Source of the DNA: an uncultured virus (IMG/VR IMGVR_UViG_3300038415_000352)
Taxonomy: Duplodnaviria > Heunggongvirae > Uroviricota > Caudoviricetes
DNA length: 64,000 bases
Reading direction: 5' to 3' (one strand)
IMG/VR virus record: IMGVR_UViG_3300038415_000352
Position 1 is the stretch's first letter, and every line of letters starts with the position of its first letter. The translations under genes were made by a program, and so were the position numbers. This document shows, one piece after another, positions 10,441 through 20,442 of this stretch. Below the pieces are notes generated by a model. It was not told where the DNA came from. It did no database searches and saw nothing but the letters and a program-made list of their open reading frames with translations.

Positions 10441-11104
10441 GAGCCCCGATAGAGACGGCGGGAAGTCGATGCGGTGCGGTATCTGCGGGGCGTTCGGGCC
10501 CGAGCATAGCCATCCCGACTACCACTTCGAGGGCGTTCCCGTAAGCGCCTACTTCGTCGAGAAGCTCGCGCCGGAGACCGCTCGATGCGCCGTCTGCGGG
10601 ACCGGATTCGTCCTTCCCGAAGAGAGGGATACGTTCTTGTATCACCTTCAGTCTCACTTTACAGTAGAACCTCCGTCCGAGGCTCCGAAAAAAACCATGC
10701 CCGCAGAAGAGAAGAAGGCGACTCCGCCGAAGCCGAAGGAGAAGAAGCCGAAAGCGCCGAAGGCCGCCGGGGAGAAGAAGGCCCCGAAGGTCCGCAGTCG
10801 GGTCCTCGAGGACCGGGTCTCGAAGGACGGCAAACAGGTAGTCGTCCTCGTCTACGTCCCGAAGGCCGACCTCCCGAAGGTCATGGACCGGGCGAAGCTC
10901 GGCTCGAACTTCGGCGAGTTCGTCCGGACGGTCTGGAAGGACCGGCCCGAGAACCCCCGCGAGTCCGAGATGGCCCAACCGCTCGTCGGGCGCGGCGTCT
11001 ACGTCGAGAAGACCGCGGTCGCGGAAATCAAGAAGTACGAGGAAGCGGGCGGGAACTTCGACCGCTACGTCTACTTCCGCCTAAAGAGCAAGCTCGGGCT
11101 CTAG
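10430..11104 (+). CDS. zinc-finger, Lys/Pro-rich putative DNA-binding protein
   Basis: CGICG and CAVCG...HLQSH motifs with a basic linker. Confidence 0.65.
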   Translation: MRRRSPDRDGGKSMRCGICGAFGPEHSHPDYHFEGVPVSAYFVEKLAPETARCAVCGTGFVLPEERDTFLYHLQSHFTVEPPSEAPKKTMPAEEKKATPPKPKEKKPKAPKAAGEKKAPKVRSRVLEDRVSKDGKQVVVLVYVPKADLPKVMDRAKLGSNFGEFVRTVWKDRPENPRESEMAQPLVGRGVYVEKTAVAEIKKYEEAGGNFDRYVYFRLKSKLGL

Positions 11105-11222
11105 GCCGCTCCGCGCGGCGAAGGCGAACCCTTTCCTCCTTACCTTTTTCTACTCGTTCTCCTTCTCTCGTCCCGATGGCGCAGCGGCGCGACCCGAATC
11201 GACGTAGTCGATTAGGTCGTAA

Positions 11223-11522
11223 ATGTTCGGAGAACGACTCCGCCGCGCGAAGAGAATCGCCCGTCGCCGATACGCCCGCCTCGTAGCGCCCTACCTCCTT
11301 TGGAACGTTCGGGGCGGACTCCCCGGGGACTTCGACCCGTACCGCCGTTCCCGCGGCTGGCCGAAGCCGGTCGGGTTCTACCGGGACTTTAACGGAGCCC
11401 ACGGCCGCTGGTGCTGCACCCGCCCCCATCTAAAGGAGAAGGGGTGGCGGAAGAGGCGGTTCCTAGTACTCCGGGCGCTAAACGAACCGGTAGACCGGGG
11501 GCCGGTAGACCGGGCTCCATAA
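11223..11522 (+). CDS. basic hypothetical protein
   Basis: Arg-rich ORF ending inside repeat copy 1. Confidence 0.4.
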   Translation: MFGERLRRAKRIARRRYARLVAPYLLWNVRGGLPGDFDPYRRSRGWPKPVGFYRDFNGAHGRWCCTRPHLKEKGWRKRRFLVLRALNEPVDRGPVDRAP

Positions 11523-11581
11523 TACGTAATAGAGGCGGCGGTAGACCGGCCGCCGCCCTCTTCCGGGGCGGTCGGGTTAGC
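11488..11581 (+). repeat. about 93-bp direct repeat, copy 1 (three CGGTAGACCGG units plus hairpin)
   Basis: Matches 41828-41920, including a 37-bp identical core TAATACGTAATAGAGGCGGCGGTAGACCGGCCGCCGC. Confidence 0.9.
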
Positions 11582-11617
11582 TTACTTATACTAGGTCGTC
11601 CGTCCCGAGAACTACCG

Positions 11618-12517
11618 ATGCTTACCGCTATCCTACGCGAACGCGAGGACGTCGCAAACGCCCTCGCCGCGCTCGTAGACTACCGGCCGAGCCGGGACCG
11701 CCCTCCGATTCAAGCCTTTCCCCGGAGCGACCATTACGCTCTCGTCGGGACGGCGTTCGACTATCTTCTCCGTTGGGAACTCGAGCGCCGGAACCCGTCC
11801 GCGGTCGACCGCGAATGGGTCGCGACGACTACGGTTACCCGGCTCCTCCCGCTTCTCGGGCCGGAGAAAATCGACCCGTTTACGAAGAGCCTCTACGTAC
11901 GGGTTCACGACGAAGCCGAGGCGTTCCATCGTAGATGGCTCGAGCTTCGGGAGCCGACCCCGAACGACGTAATCCAAGCGGCGCGAATCGTTCTCTGCCT
12001 CGCGAAGATAGACCCCCTCTACCGGGCCGGGGTTGTTCTTCCCGACGTCTACGTCTTCGACCCGCGGGACGTCGAGGATATCGAGACGCTCTACTCGATA
12101 GCTCCGTGGGAGGTCCTCGGCGGTGCTCGCGGCGCGTCCGTCTTACTAAACCCGGACTACGGGGTCTGGAGCCGTCGGCTAGACGGCGCGGACGCCGACC
12201 TCGTCGTAGGGTCGACGCTCGTCGACCTAAAGACGTCGAAGTACAACGATATCGAGAAGCATTTCCCGCAGCTCGTCGGGTACTACGCGCTCGGCGAACT
12301 CTACCGGCAGGACGAGCCGTCGTATCCCGAGGTCGAGCGGGCAGGAATCTACTGGTGCCGGCACGGGTACCTCGAGACGTTCGATACGGCGCCGATTCGG
12401 GAGAACCCCGGATACGAGCGGGCGGTTACCGCTCTTCTCGAGGCGGCCGACGAGATTTCGGCGCGAAAGCGGGCGGCTATCGAAGCCGCGTCCGGTCTAC
12501 TCGTTTCGCCCGAGTAG
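11618..12517 (+). CDS. PD-(D/E)XK nuclease-like protein
   Basis: ADADLV...LVDLKT, QLVGY, VGTAFDYLLR; leaderless ATG after TTATACTAGG. Confidence 0.7.
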   Translation: MLTAILREREDVANALAALVDYRPSRDRPPIQAFPRSDHYALVGTAFDYLLRWELERRNPSAVDREWVATTTVTRLLPLLGPEKIDPFTKSLYVRVHDEAEAFHRRWLELREPTPNDVIQAARIVLCLAKIDPLYRAGVVLPDVYVFDPRDVEDIETLYSIAPWEVLGGARGASVLLNPDYGVWSRRLDGADADLVVGSTLVDLKTSKYNDIEKHFPQLVGYYALGELYRQDEPSYPEVERAGIYWCRHGYLETFDTAPIRENPGYERAVTALLEAADEISARKRAAIEAASGLLVSPE

Positions 12518-12531
12518 GGGGGTCTCGGTGA

Positions 12532-12629
12532 CGGAAGAAAAACTCACGACCCCTGAATCTCGGGGTCAGTTACTGAGCAGAGCACGCCACTATCAAGATA
12601 TCAAGATGCCGGAAGAAAAACTCACGACC
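12532..12629 (+). repeat. 20-bp direct repeat pair CGGAAGAAAAACTCACGACC
   Basis: Copies at 12532-12551 and 12610-12629 with tandem TATCAAGA x2 between. Confidence 0.85.
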
Positions 12630-12665
12630 TTAGATATCTACGGCCGGCTGGTCCGGGGTACCTAG

Positions 12666-14615
12666 ATGCCGGCACCGACGCTCATGGACCTAATCAACTC
12701 CCGGAACCCCGGAGATTCCGGCCTCGCCGTTCGCGTCCACGAGAGACCGATAGGTACGATACCGGCAGGCCGAACGTTCCGAATCGAAGGAACGGGCCGC
12801 CTCTCCGAAGAACAATGGAAGGAACTCGGCGCCTCCGTACCCGGGGCCTTTACCCTCTCGACCCGGTTCGGCCTGCTCCCTATTACGGGGAACGCCTCCG
12901 AGAAGTACCGGACCGTCGCGGGCCGGTACCCCGAGCCGGTCTTCGTCTCGTTCGCGCAGTACGACCCGCTCTCGAGGTACCTCGGACCCTCGGTTCCGGT
13001 TCCTCCGAAGGCGGTCTACGAGGGGCCTATCCTCGGGCCGAAGGCGATAGGCGGGGTAGAGCCGGCGTTCGTTCTCGCGACGTTCCAAGAGACGGCGGCC
13101 CGCCGAGCTATCGCGGAACATCGGTCGATATTCGCCGCGCCGGTCGGAGCCGGGAAGACGGCCGCGGCGCTCGCGGCCGCCGAGACGCTTCTCGCGGACG
13201 GGACGGTCGACCGGGTCGTCGTAACGGTCCCGCGGCGGCTGATACGCGACCCGTGGCTCCACGAATGGGAGCGGTCCTACGGGGAGCGGCCGACGGTCGT
13301 CGACGGGTCTCCCGCGGAGCGGAAGGCGATTTACGCGGCTCCTCGCGACCCGCGCCGATGGCTCGTTAAGTTCGACTCGTTCCGCCTCGACGCGGAGTAT
13401 CTTATCAAGCTCTTCGGGCCGAAGACGTTCTGGGTCGTCGACGAGGTCCACTACCTGAAGAACCCGAGGACGAAACGGTTCAAAGCGGCGAAACGGGCCG
13501 TCGATAGTACCGAGACGGACCGCCGGCTCTTCCTGACGGGGACCATCGTCTACGACCGTACGCTCGATATCTACGGTCCGATAGCGCTCCTCGGGTTCCG
13601 GGTCTGGTCGACGTATAACGAGTTCACGAGCCGGTTCTACCGATTCGAGAGCTACCAGACGCCGAACGGTTGGGTCGAGAAGCCGACGACGATGATTCCG
13701 GGGAGGGTCCCGGAGCTACGGACGGTCCTGAATACCGTCGCCTATATCCCTACGAGGGACGAGGTAGAACTCGAGCTTCCGCCGGTCCGCCGGGGCCCGG
13801 AGGTCGACGTAACGGTCGAGCTATCGAAGGCGGAGGAGCGAGCCTACGAGGTCCTCGTTACGACGCCGCTCCAGCGCGAACTCGAGATAATGGGCGAGCG
13901 GGTATGGACCGATACCGAGCGGAACCTCCTCGCGATTCTCTCGCTCGAGCGGTCGTTCTCGGCGGACCCCGGGACCCTCCTAGCGTCCGAGTCGGAACGC
14001 GCGTACGCCGCTATCGAAGAGTTCGGCCGGGAGGAGTGGCAGAAGTTAAGCCCGGGGACGAAGCTCAAGCGGGTCCTCGCGGACCTCGGCGAGATAGCCC
14101 GGGAGGACGCGGATACGAAGGTCGTCATCTTTACGTCGTTCGAGCGGACGCTCGGGGTCCTGCGGTCGATTCGTTCGAGCGGGCGAAAGACCGATGAGGA
14201 CGGGGAGGAAATCGACCCGGGCGAGGTCCTCGCCCGTTCGGTCTTCTTCGACGGGTCGCTTACCGAGGCGGCCGGCGCGGCGGTCCTCGAGAGCTTCAAG
14301 ACCGACCCGAACGTCCGGTTCCTCTTCTCGACGGACGCGGGCGGGGTAGGGATTAACCTTCAGGAGGTCGCGTCCCGGGTTATCCACGTGGACGACCCGC
14401 TCTCGCTCGGACAACGAGCGCAGCGCGAAGGGCGGGTCTGGAGGAGGGGTCAGCGGAAGCCGGTTATCATCGCCCGGTACGCGCTCGGTTCCTCCGAGCG
14501 GCTCTTCGCGCGTCTCGGCGAGCTTCTCCCGGGCGGCTCGGTCGTCGACGCCCGTATCCGGGAACTCCTAGAGGTAAAGGAGTCCGAGAAGCGCCGTCTG
14601 CTCGGGACCGGGTAG
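12666..14615 (+). CDS. SNF2-family (SF2) helicase/translocase
   Basis: PVGAGKT, VVDEVHYLKN, LTGT, STDAGGVGINLQ, QREGRVWRRGQ. Confidence 0.9.
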   Translation: MPAPTLMDLINSRNPGDSGLAVRVHERPIGTIPAGRTFRIEGTGRLSEEQWKELGASVPGAFTLSTRFGLLPITGNASEKYRTVAGRYPEPVFVSFAQYDPLSRYLGPSVPVPPKAVYEGPILGPKAIGGVEPAFVLATFQETAARRAIAEHRSIFAAPVGAGKTAAALAAAETLLADGTVDRVVVTVPRRLIRDPWLHEWERSYGERPTVVDGSPAERKAIYAAPRDPRRWLVKFDSFRLDAEYLIKLFGPKTFWVVDEVHYLKNPRTKRFKAAKRAVDSTETDRRLFLTGTIVYDRTLDIYGPIALLGFRVWSTYNEFTSRFYRFESYQTPNGWVEKPTTMIPGRVPELRTVLNTVAYIPTRDEVELELPPVRRGPEVDVTVELSKAEERAYEVLVTTPLQRELEIMGERVWTDTERNLLAILSLERSFSADPGTLLASESERAYAAIEEFGREEWQKLSPGTKLKRVLADLGEIAREDADTKVVIFTSFERTLGVLRSIRSSGRKTDEDGEEIDPGEVLARSVFFDGSLTEAAGAAVLESFKTDPNVRFLFSTDAGGVGINLQEVASRVIHVDDPLSLGQRAQREGRVWRRGQRKPVIIARYALGSSERLFARLGELLPGGSVVDARIRELLEVKESEKRRLLGTG

Positions 14616-14687
14616 ACCGGGCTAGCGTTACTAATACTTAGTACGCGGTAGACCCGTCCGGTCTACCGCAGAGTTAAGGAGCGAAGC

Positions 14688-15338
14688 ATGCCGAAATCCG
14701 ACGGGAAAAAAAGAGGCGTTTTTAGCGCGAAGGTCGACCCGGAAGTCAAGCTCGCGCTCGATGAGCTACTGAAGGCCGGGCGGGAGTCGGGTAAGACGAC
14801 CGACGAGATTCTACGGGGAATCCTCCCGCCGAAGGCGGTCGTACCCGCGAGCGACGCCGCGGCGACCCCCTCGCTCCTACCGCCCGGGGAGGGGGATAAG
14901 GGCTGGACGGACCCGCTCGACCTACCGCTCGAGCCGGGAGGGACGGCGACCGAAGACGTTCTCGCGCACGTCGAGGCGCCCGACGAGGTCGAGACCGGGA
15001 AGAAGAAGGAGAAGCCCCCATCGCTCTTCGATAACTGGGGCCTCTACGCTCGGCTTATCGAGCGGATACCGCAGCCTCGGCTGACCCGGTACCGCGAGAA
15101 GGTCCTCCGTACGCTCGTCGTCTATCCCGCCCGTCCCGTCGACCCGAAGAAGTTCCCGACGAGCGTCGAGGTAACCTTCGAGAACGCGCTCCTCGCGTCG
15201 GCGCCGGCGTTTACGGCGGACGAGCGGGCCCTTCTCTTTACGCTCCATCCGCGGCTCGCCCTCGCTTTCTATACGAACCTGATTATCGGCCGCGCCGGGC
15301 AGGGGACCGATATCGATACCGCTCGGGGAGGCCGGTAA
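14688..15338 (+). CDS. hypothetical protein with N-terminal RHH-like region
   Basis: VFSAKVDPEVKLALDEL; coupled to the MCM-like gene. Confidence 0.65.
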   Translation: MPKSDGKKRGVFSAKVDPEVKLALDELLKAGRESGKTTDEILRGILPPKAVVPASDAAATPSLLPPGEGDKGWTDPLDLPLEPGGTATEDVLAHVEAPDEVETGKKKEKPPSLFDNWGLYARLIERIPQPRLTRYREKVLRTLVVYPARPVDPKKFPTSVEVTFENALLASAPAFTADERALLFTLHPRLALAFYTNLIIGRAGQGTDIDTARGGR

Positions 15339-15339
15339 G

Positions 15340-16737
15340 ATGCCCGACCCGGAGCCGAACGGGACCGAGATACCCTACGACGAGTTCGGGGCCGAGGAGT
15401 ACGACTTCGAACCGCCGAACTTCCTCGAGGAGGCGCTCCACGGACCCCCGACGCTCGAGCCCGAGCGTCCCGAACGGGCGATAGGGCCGAACCCCGATAT
15501 CCTCGGTCTCGCCGAGGACTACCTCCGCTCGGCGAACGCGACGGTCTGGGTCCGTCGGTCGATTCCGATTCTCTTCGCCTCGTTCGGGGCGAAGGTCGCC
15601 GACCAGCATAACCTCCGCCATCCGATTCATTACTACGGTCCCGAGGCGCCGTACCGGTACCTCTACCATATCACGAACCTCGGCGCGTCGGGGCATAATA
15701 AGGGCGCGACTGTCGACGCCTTCTTCCGAATCGTCGGGGACGACGGTCCGGATGGTCCTCCTATCGTCCCGACCTACGACTTTAAGGGGGGCTCTATCGA
15801 GTCGATTCGCGGGGGAATCTTCGAGGCGGCCATCCCGCAGGGGAAGGGTAAGCCCCTTCCGGTCCTCTTGACCCGACCGGGGTCGCTCGAGCGGACGGAC
15901 GGCGGGTATATCCATATCCCGGAGTTCTCGCAGCTCGCGGCGCTCGAGGAACGGTCGGGCGGCGCGATTCAATCGCTCCTCGCGTGGACGGATAACGGCG
16001 TCATGTCCTACGATACGCTCTCGGGGGCCTCGGTCGAGTTCGGCTCCTCGACGACGCTTATCGTCGGTCTCCAGCCCGATAAGCTGAACGCTACGGAGAC
16101 GACGGTCCTCGGCTGGAACCGGCGGACGGCCTACGAGGTATTCGCGCCACCGACGACCGAGGAATCGAAGCCCGAGAACCGTCCCGAGGCGACGAGGGGA
16201 GACCCCGAGAAGCTCGCGACGCTCCGCGGGGCGCTCCGTCAGCTCGTACGGAGCTACGCTCCGACGGCTATCGACTGGACGTCGTTCCGCCGCTGGCTCT
16301 CGAAGGGGTACGAGGCGCAGCTCCTGAATTGGCCGGACGAATCGCTCCTCTACTCGCTCGCGCTCGGCTTCTACCTCGTCTCGGGGGGACGGTGGACCGG
16401 GAAGCTCTCGATTCCCGTACCGGAGTGGCTGAACGACCGGCTCCGGGCGGCCGTTTCGTCGAAGCGACGGGCTCGTATCGACCCGGTCTACCGGGCGGCG
16501 CTCGACTGTATCGAGGTTCTTCGGGACCCCTACGTTCTACGGGCCCCGCGGGAGGACCGGATACTCGTCGAAATCCTCGCGGCGCGACTCTCGCTCCCGG
16601 AGGAGAGGGTCTGGGAGGCGCTCCCGATTATCTCGAAGTTCGGGCCGGCGGTTCGGCATAAGGACGACGATGACGTAGACCGCTGGTACCGGAGCGGGGT
16701 CCTAGACGCCGGCGGGAAGGCGCCGACGGGGGCCTAG
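15340..16737 (+). CDS. divergent MCM-like AAA+ helicase
   Basis: PGSLERTDGGYIHIPEF resembles MCM GxLxxADGGxxxIDEF; degenerate Walker A GASGHNKG; WNRR possible Arg finger. Confidence 0.6.
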   Translation: MPDPEPNGTEIPYDEFGAEEYDFEPPNFLEEALHGPPTLEPERPERAIGPNPDILGLAEDYLRSANATVWVRRSIPILFASFGAKVADQHNLRHPIHYYGPEAPYRYLYHITNLGASGHNKGATVDAFFRIVGDDGPDGPPIVPTYDFKGGSIESIRGGIFEAAIPQGKGKPLPVLLTRPGSLERTDGGYIHIPEFSQLAALEERSGGAIQSLLAWTDNGVMSYDTLSGASVEFGSSTTLIVGLQPDKLNATETTVLGWNRRTAYEVFAPPTTEESKPENRPEATRGDPEKLATLRGALRQLVRSYAPTAIDWTSFRRWLSKGYEAQLLNWPDESLLYSLALGFYLVSGGRWTGKLSIPVPEWLNDRLRAAVSSKRRARIDPVYRAALDCIEVLRDPYVLRAPREDRILVEILAARLSLPEERVWEALPIISKFGPAVRHKDDDDVDRWYRSGVLDAGGKAPTGA

Positions 16738-16958
16738 AGTTCGCCGTCCTCGATGAGCCGATGGAGGCCGTCGTAGACGTACGAACTGACCGTCGGGGGC
16801 TCCGCTCCGGGCTCGGGCTCCTTCAGGAACTCGGCCTTATCCTTCTCGACCTGCCGCTTGACCCGAGAGACTATCCAGCGGGGGAGGGAAACCGACATGA
16901 TTTCCTTCTCATCCCGGTCCCCGTTAGCGGTCTTTCGGACTTTAAGCGGTCGCGCCAT
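16734..16958 (-). CDS. RHH-like regulator
   Basis: IMSVSLPRWIV...TVSSYV; TTTATTATA box about 25 nt upstream of ATG. Confidence 0.6.
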   Translation of the reverse strand: MARPLKVRKTANGDRDEKEIMSVSLPRWIVSRVKRQVEKDKAEFLKEPEPGAEPPTVSSYVYDGLHRLIEDGEL

Positions 16959-17381
16959 CGAAACCCCTATCCGGAGACCCGTATAATAAACCTCGGCCGG
17001 AACCGTTCGCCCGTACGAGGACCTTCGCATACGAGTAAAATAATCAGGTCCGTACGCTCCTCAAAAACCGATTCTACTTATACCTCGAACTCTTAGGACT
17101 CGGCACGGACGCACGGACGGAGGGCCTATTCCCAATAACGAGCCGCTAGGTCATTCGACCCCTGATTTAGCCTCCGTCTCGGGGTGGGGTTCTCTCTGCT
17201 CGTTCGTCGGTCTCTCCGGGCCCGGGACCCGGCTCGTTCCGGATTCCTCCTCCTCCCGTTCAAGGCGCTCTTCGGAACTGTTCTCGTCGGAATCTACGGA
17301 TTCTACGGACTCTCCGGAGTTGCGAGAATCGAGTTTAATAATCAATCCTGACGCTTCTCCCCTGCGCGGAGAAGGGCTTAC

Positions 17382-18521
17382 ATGACCGATATCGAGACTA
17401 TCGAAAGCGTCTTTGGCGTCCCGAACAGTCCGAACGTAGGGAAAATCCCTCCGCCGATACGGCAGAAGCTCAACCGTATCCGGGAGATGTTCAACCTCGA
17501 TACGAAGGAGAAGGTCGCCGACCTAAAGGACCGGTACGTAAGGCTCGTGAACGTCCCGGCGGTCGCGGGCCTCGGCGATTCGAAGTGGCAGATGGCCTAC
17601 CGGGGAATCCCCGGAATCTACGGGAACGAACTCTACGCCCCGAAGAGCGAGACCTTCCTCTTCTGGTACGCGGCGGCGACCGGCCGGCCGCTTCTCATGT
17701 CGAAGGGACAGTCCTCCGGTACCTACCTCGTTCCGGTCTTCGGCCTCGCGAAGTCGGGCTCTCCCGACTCGCCCTACGAGGGGCCGGTCCGGCTCCTTAT
17801 CTTCGGGTTCGCCGACGAGACGGGCGCGAAGCGTATCATCGAGGCGCTCGTTCCGGGGACCCTCTACGTCGTCTCCGCGAAGGTCCAGCAGGGAACGCCC
17901 CACGGGGTCCTCCCGCCCGGGACCGTCGGAACGCTTAACATGAACGCGAGCGACGAGTTCGCTCCGGCGCCGGCGGGAACGGCGCTTCCGTGGTCCGACC
18001 CAGTAGCGCGTCTCTTCGGCTCCTTCCCGGAGACCCCGCTCGCCGACGTCCTCCTAAAGCCAGTCGCGAGGGTAATCTACCGGGTATCGGGCTCGGTCGA
18101 GGCGGGGAACCTGACCTCGCAATCGAACGGCTCGGCCGGCGGCTGGCTGAAGATTATCGACGACTCGATTACCGACCGCGCTATCCTCGAGAAGGTCGGC
18201 GGCGGTCTCTTCTTCTTCCTCCCGAGGCACGAGGTCGCGAAGGCTCGCCTCGCGAATGGCTCGGTCGTCGAGGCGCTCGTCTCGCTCTACGAACGGAAGG
18301 AGCGGACCCCTACGACCGGGGAGGCGACGGGGAATATCGCCCCGAACTGGGCCTGCAATGCGTTCTCGCTTCGGGTCCTCGTCGCGAACGAGAACCCGAA
18401 CGCGGCCGTCCCCGAGCCGGGGAGGACGGCGCTCTCGATTCAGGGCGGCTCTGCGCCTCCGCCGGGGATGGTCGATGGTCTCGGCCTCGGCCTAGGGGCG
18501 GAAGACGGCCTAGGAGTCTAG
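17382..18521 (+). CDS. putative OB-fold ssDNA-binding (RPA/SSB-like) protein
   Basis: Beta-rich repeats (YRVSGSV...LKIIDDS...GSVVEALV), flexible acidic tail, position in the replication operon. Confidence 0.45.
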   Translation: MTDIETIESVFGVPNSPNVGKIPPPIRQKLNRIREMFNLDTKEKVADLKDRYVRLVNVPAVAGLGDSKWQMAYRGIPGIYGNELYAPKSETFLFWYAAATGRPLLMSKGQSSGTYLVPVFGLAKSGSPDSPYEGPVRLLIFGFADETGAKRIIEALVPGTLYVVSAKVQQGTPHGVLPPGTVGTLNMNASDEFAPAPAGTALPWSDPVARLFGSFPETPLADVLLKPVARVIYRVSGSVEAGNLTSQSNGSAGGWLKIIDDSITDRAILEKVGGGLFFFLPRHEVAKARLANGSVVEALVSLYERKERTPTTGEATGNIAPNWACNAFSLRVLVANENPNAAVPEPGRTALSIQGGSAPPPGMVDGLGLGLGAEDGLGV

Positions 18522-18525
18522 ACCG

Positions 18526-19485
18526 ATGACGACGCCGCCGAAGACCCTCGCGGACCTCGCCGCCGCTCACGCCCCGACGACCGTAGCGACGAAGGAGGAC
18601 GAGGAGTTCGAGAAGGCCATCGCGAAGGAGTATAAGGTCTCCATCGAGATGATACATACCCTTCGGCGGACGGTCGCTCCGCCGGAGGCGACCCTCGCCG
18701 ATATCGCGATGTACCTCGCGACCTGCGTCCGCCTTAACCTCGACCCGTTCACGCGGCAAATCTACCTCCTCCGGATTAAGGGGAAGAACGTCCTCCAAAT
18801 CGGCATCGACGGGATGTTCGGTCTCGCCGAGAATACGAAGGAGTACGACGGCTGCGACGCTCCGGTCTATGCGTATAAGGACCAGAAGCTCTTCTCGGCG
18901 ACCGTTCGGGTCTACCGTAAGGGAATGAACCGTCCTATCGAGGCGACGGCGATTTTCTCCGAGTACGCCTTCTATCAGGAGCCGGGGTCGGCGTGGGCGC
19001 GGATGCCGAGCCACATGCTCGGAATCGCCGCGTACCGTATCGCGCTCCGACGGGCGTTCCCGCGGACGCTCTCCGGGCTCTACGGCCCCGAGGAGATGGC
19101 CTACGCGGATACGGAGGCGAAGCCGGTCCCGCCGCCCGACCGTCCGGCGCTTACCGACGGCGGCCTTACGGACGAGACGAAGAACGACCTCGAGACCCGA
19201 CCGGCCGCTACGCCGCCGGTCGTCCCGCCGCTCGTTCCACCCCCTCTACCCCCCTCGGAGGCCCCGGCAGCGCCCGTTCCAGCGGCCCTACCGCCTATCC
19301 CCGCGGGTTCCGTACTACGGTCGAGCGAGGACGTCGCGGCTCCGACGGCTACGGCCCCGGTCGTCGTTCCTCCTCCGCCCGCTCCGGAACCTCCCGCGCC
19401 GGTCGTTACGGCCCCTCCGGAGCCGGTCGCTCCGAAGGCTAGGGCTCCCTCTCCTCCCGCTTCGCCGGAGGACCTCGTTATATGA
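18526..19485 (+). CDS. bet: Bet/RecT (Red-beta-like) single-strand annealing recombinase
   Basis: LDPFTRQIY, QIGIDG, W..MP.HML..A...ALRRAFP..LSGLY..EEM. Confidence 0.9.
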   Translation: MTTPPKTLADLAAAHAPTTVATKEDEEFEKAIAKEYKVSIEMIHTLRRTVAPPEATLADIAMYLATCVRLNLDPFTRQIYLLRIKGKNVLQIGIDGMFGLAENTKEYDGCDAPVYAYKDQKLFSATVRVYRKGMNRPIEATAIFSEYAFYQEPGSAWARMPSHMLGIAAYRIALRRAFPRTLSGLYGPEEMAYADTEAKPVPPPDRPALTDGGLTDETKNDLETRPAATPPVVPPLVPPPLPPSEAPAAPVPAALPPIPAGSVLRSSEDVAAPTATAPVVVPPPPAPEPPAPVVTAPPEPVAPKARAPSPPASPEDLVI

Positions 19486-20426
19486 ACGCATCGAACGGAA
19501 ACGGAACGCTCGTCGCCTCGCCGACCGAACTCTCGCGAATCATCCGGCTCCTTACCGGAAAGGGGGGCGGCGGGAACCTCCCGTTCCCGAAAATCGACCT
19601 TTCGATAGAGGATACCGGCGGCGGAGCGATACGGGCCTTCTCGGAGCACGCGAACGCTCTCGAGACCGCGATGGTCCGCGTCTCGTGGCCGACGGACGGC
19701 GCCGGCGCCTTCGCGCTCGCCCTCTCGACCCCGGAGAAGATGATAGACTACCTGGAGGGGCTCTGCATCCCCGACGTTCCCGTAGAGCTACGGTACGACG
19801 AGAGCCTCGGCCGTCTCGACCTCGCGAACGGGACGAATCGTATCGCGCTCCCGACGATTCCCTTCGGCGACGTTCCCCGGTCGAAGCGGGAGGGTCTCTG
19901 GACGACGACCTCCGAGGGCGTAGCGGTCTCGTCCGACCCGAAGAAGCGGCCGGACGAGGGGGCGTCCCTCGCCGACTACCCGGCGAAGGGGTTCCTCGTC
20001 GCCCGGATATCGCGGACTACGCTCGAGCGGGTCCTCGCGGCGGGTTCGATTATCCTCTCGCACGGCTTCCGGGCGGCGCTCGTACGGTTCTCGTTCGCGG
20101 GTGGGAAGGGCGCGGTCGAAATCGCCGACCCGAAGGACCCGAAGGGCGAGCGGGTCGACCTAGCGCTCCCGACGCTCGGGATTACCCCGACGGTCGACGA
20201 TACGTTCCCGGTCCTCTACTCGGGCGTCGACTCGCTCTGGGAGTCGCTCCGTAAGTCGAAGGCCGACGAGTTTACGCTCGTCCACTTCGCCGGCCGGGAT
20301 GGCGAGAAGCCCGAGTCACGGGTCAATCTCGCGTTCGAGGAGAAGGCGGAGGACGGCCGGTCGCTCCTACGGTATACGCAGGTCTTCGCGACGCATCGCG
20401 ACCCGAGGGCGAAGAAGGAAGCCTAG
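19482..20426 (+). CDS. putative divergent sliding clamp (PCNA/gp45-like)
   Basis: Two alpha/beta repeats of clamp-like size; same operon as RFC and PolB; inferred from context. Confidence 0.45.
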   Translation: MNASNGNGTLVASPTELSRIIRLLTGKGGGGNLPFPKIDLSIEDTGGGAIRAFSEHANALETAMVRVSWPTDGAGAFALALSTPEKMIDYLEGLCIPDVPVELRYDESLGRLDLANGTNRIALPTIPFGDVPRSKREGLWTTTSEGVAVSSDPKKRPDEGASLADYPAKGFLVARISRTTLERVLAAGSIILSHGFRAALVRFSFAGGKGAVEIADPKDPKGERVDLALPTLGITPTVDDTFPVLYSGVDSLWESLRKSKADEFTLVHFAGRDGEKPESRVNLAFEEKAEDGRSLLRYTQVFATHRDPRAKKEA

Positions 20427-20442
20427 GGCGAGGACGTCGGAC

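Noticed and set aside
19130..19470. Pro/Ala-rich stretch in the recombinase as a tandem DNA repeat
   Set aside because: Low-complexity protein linker without exact nucleotide periodicity.
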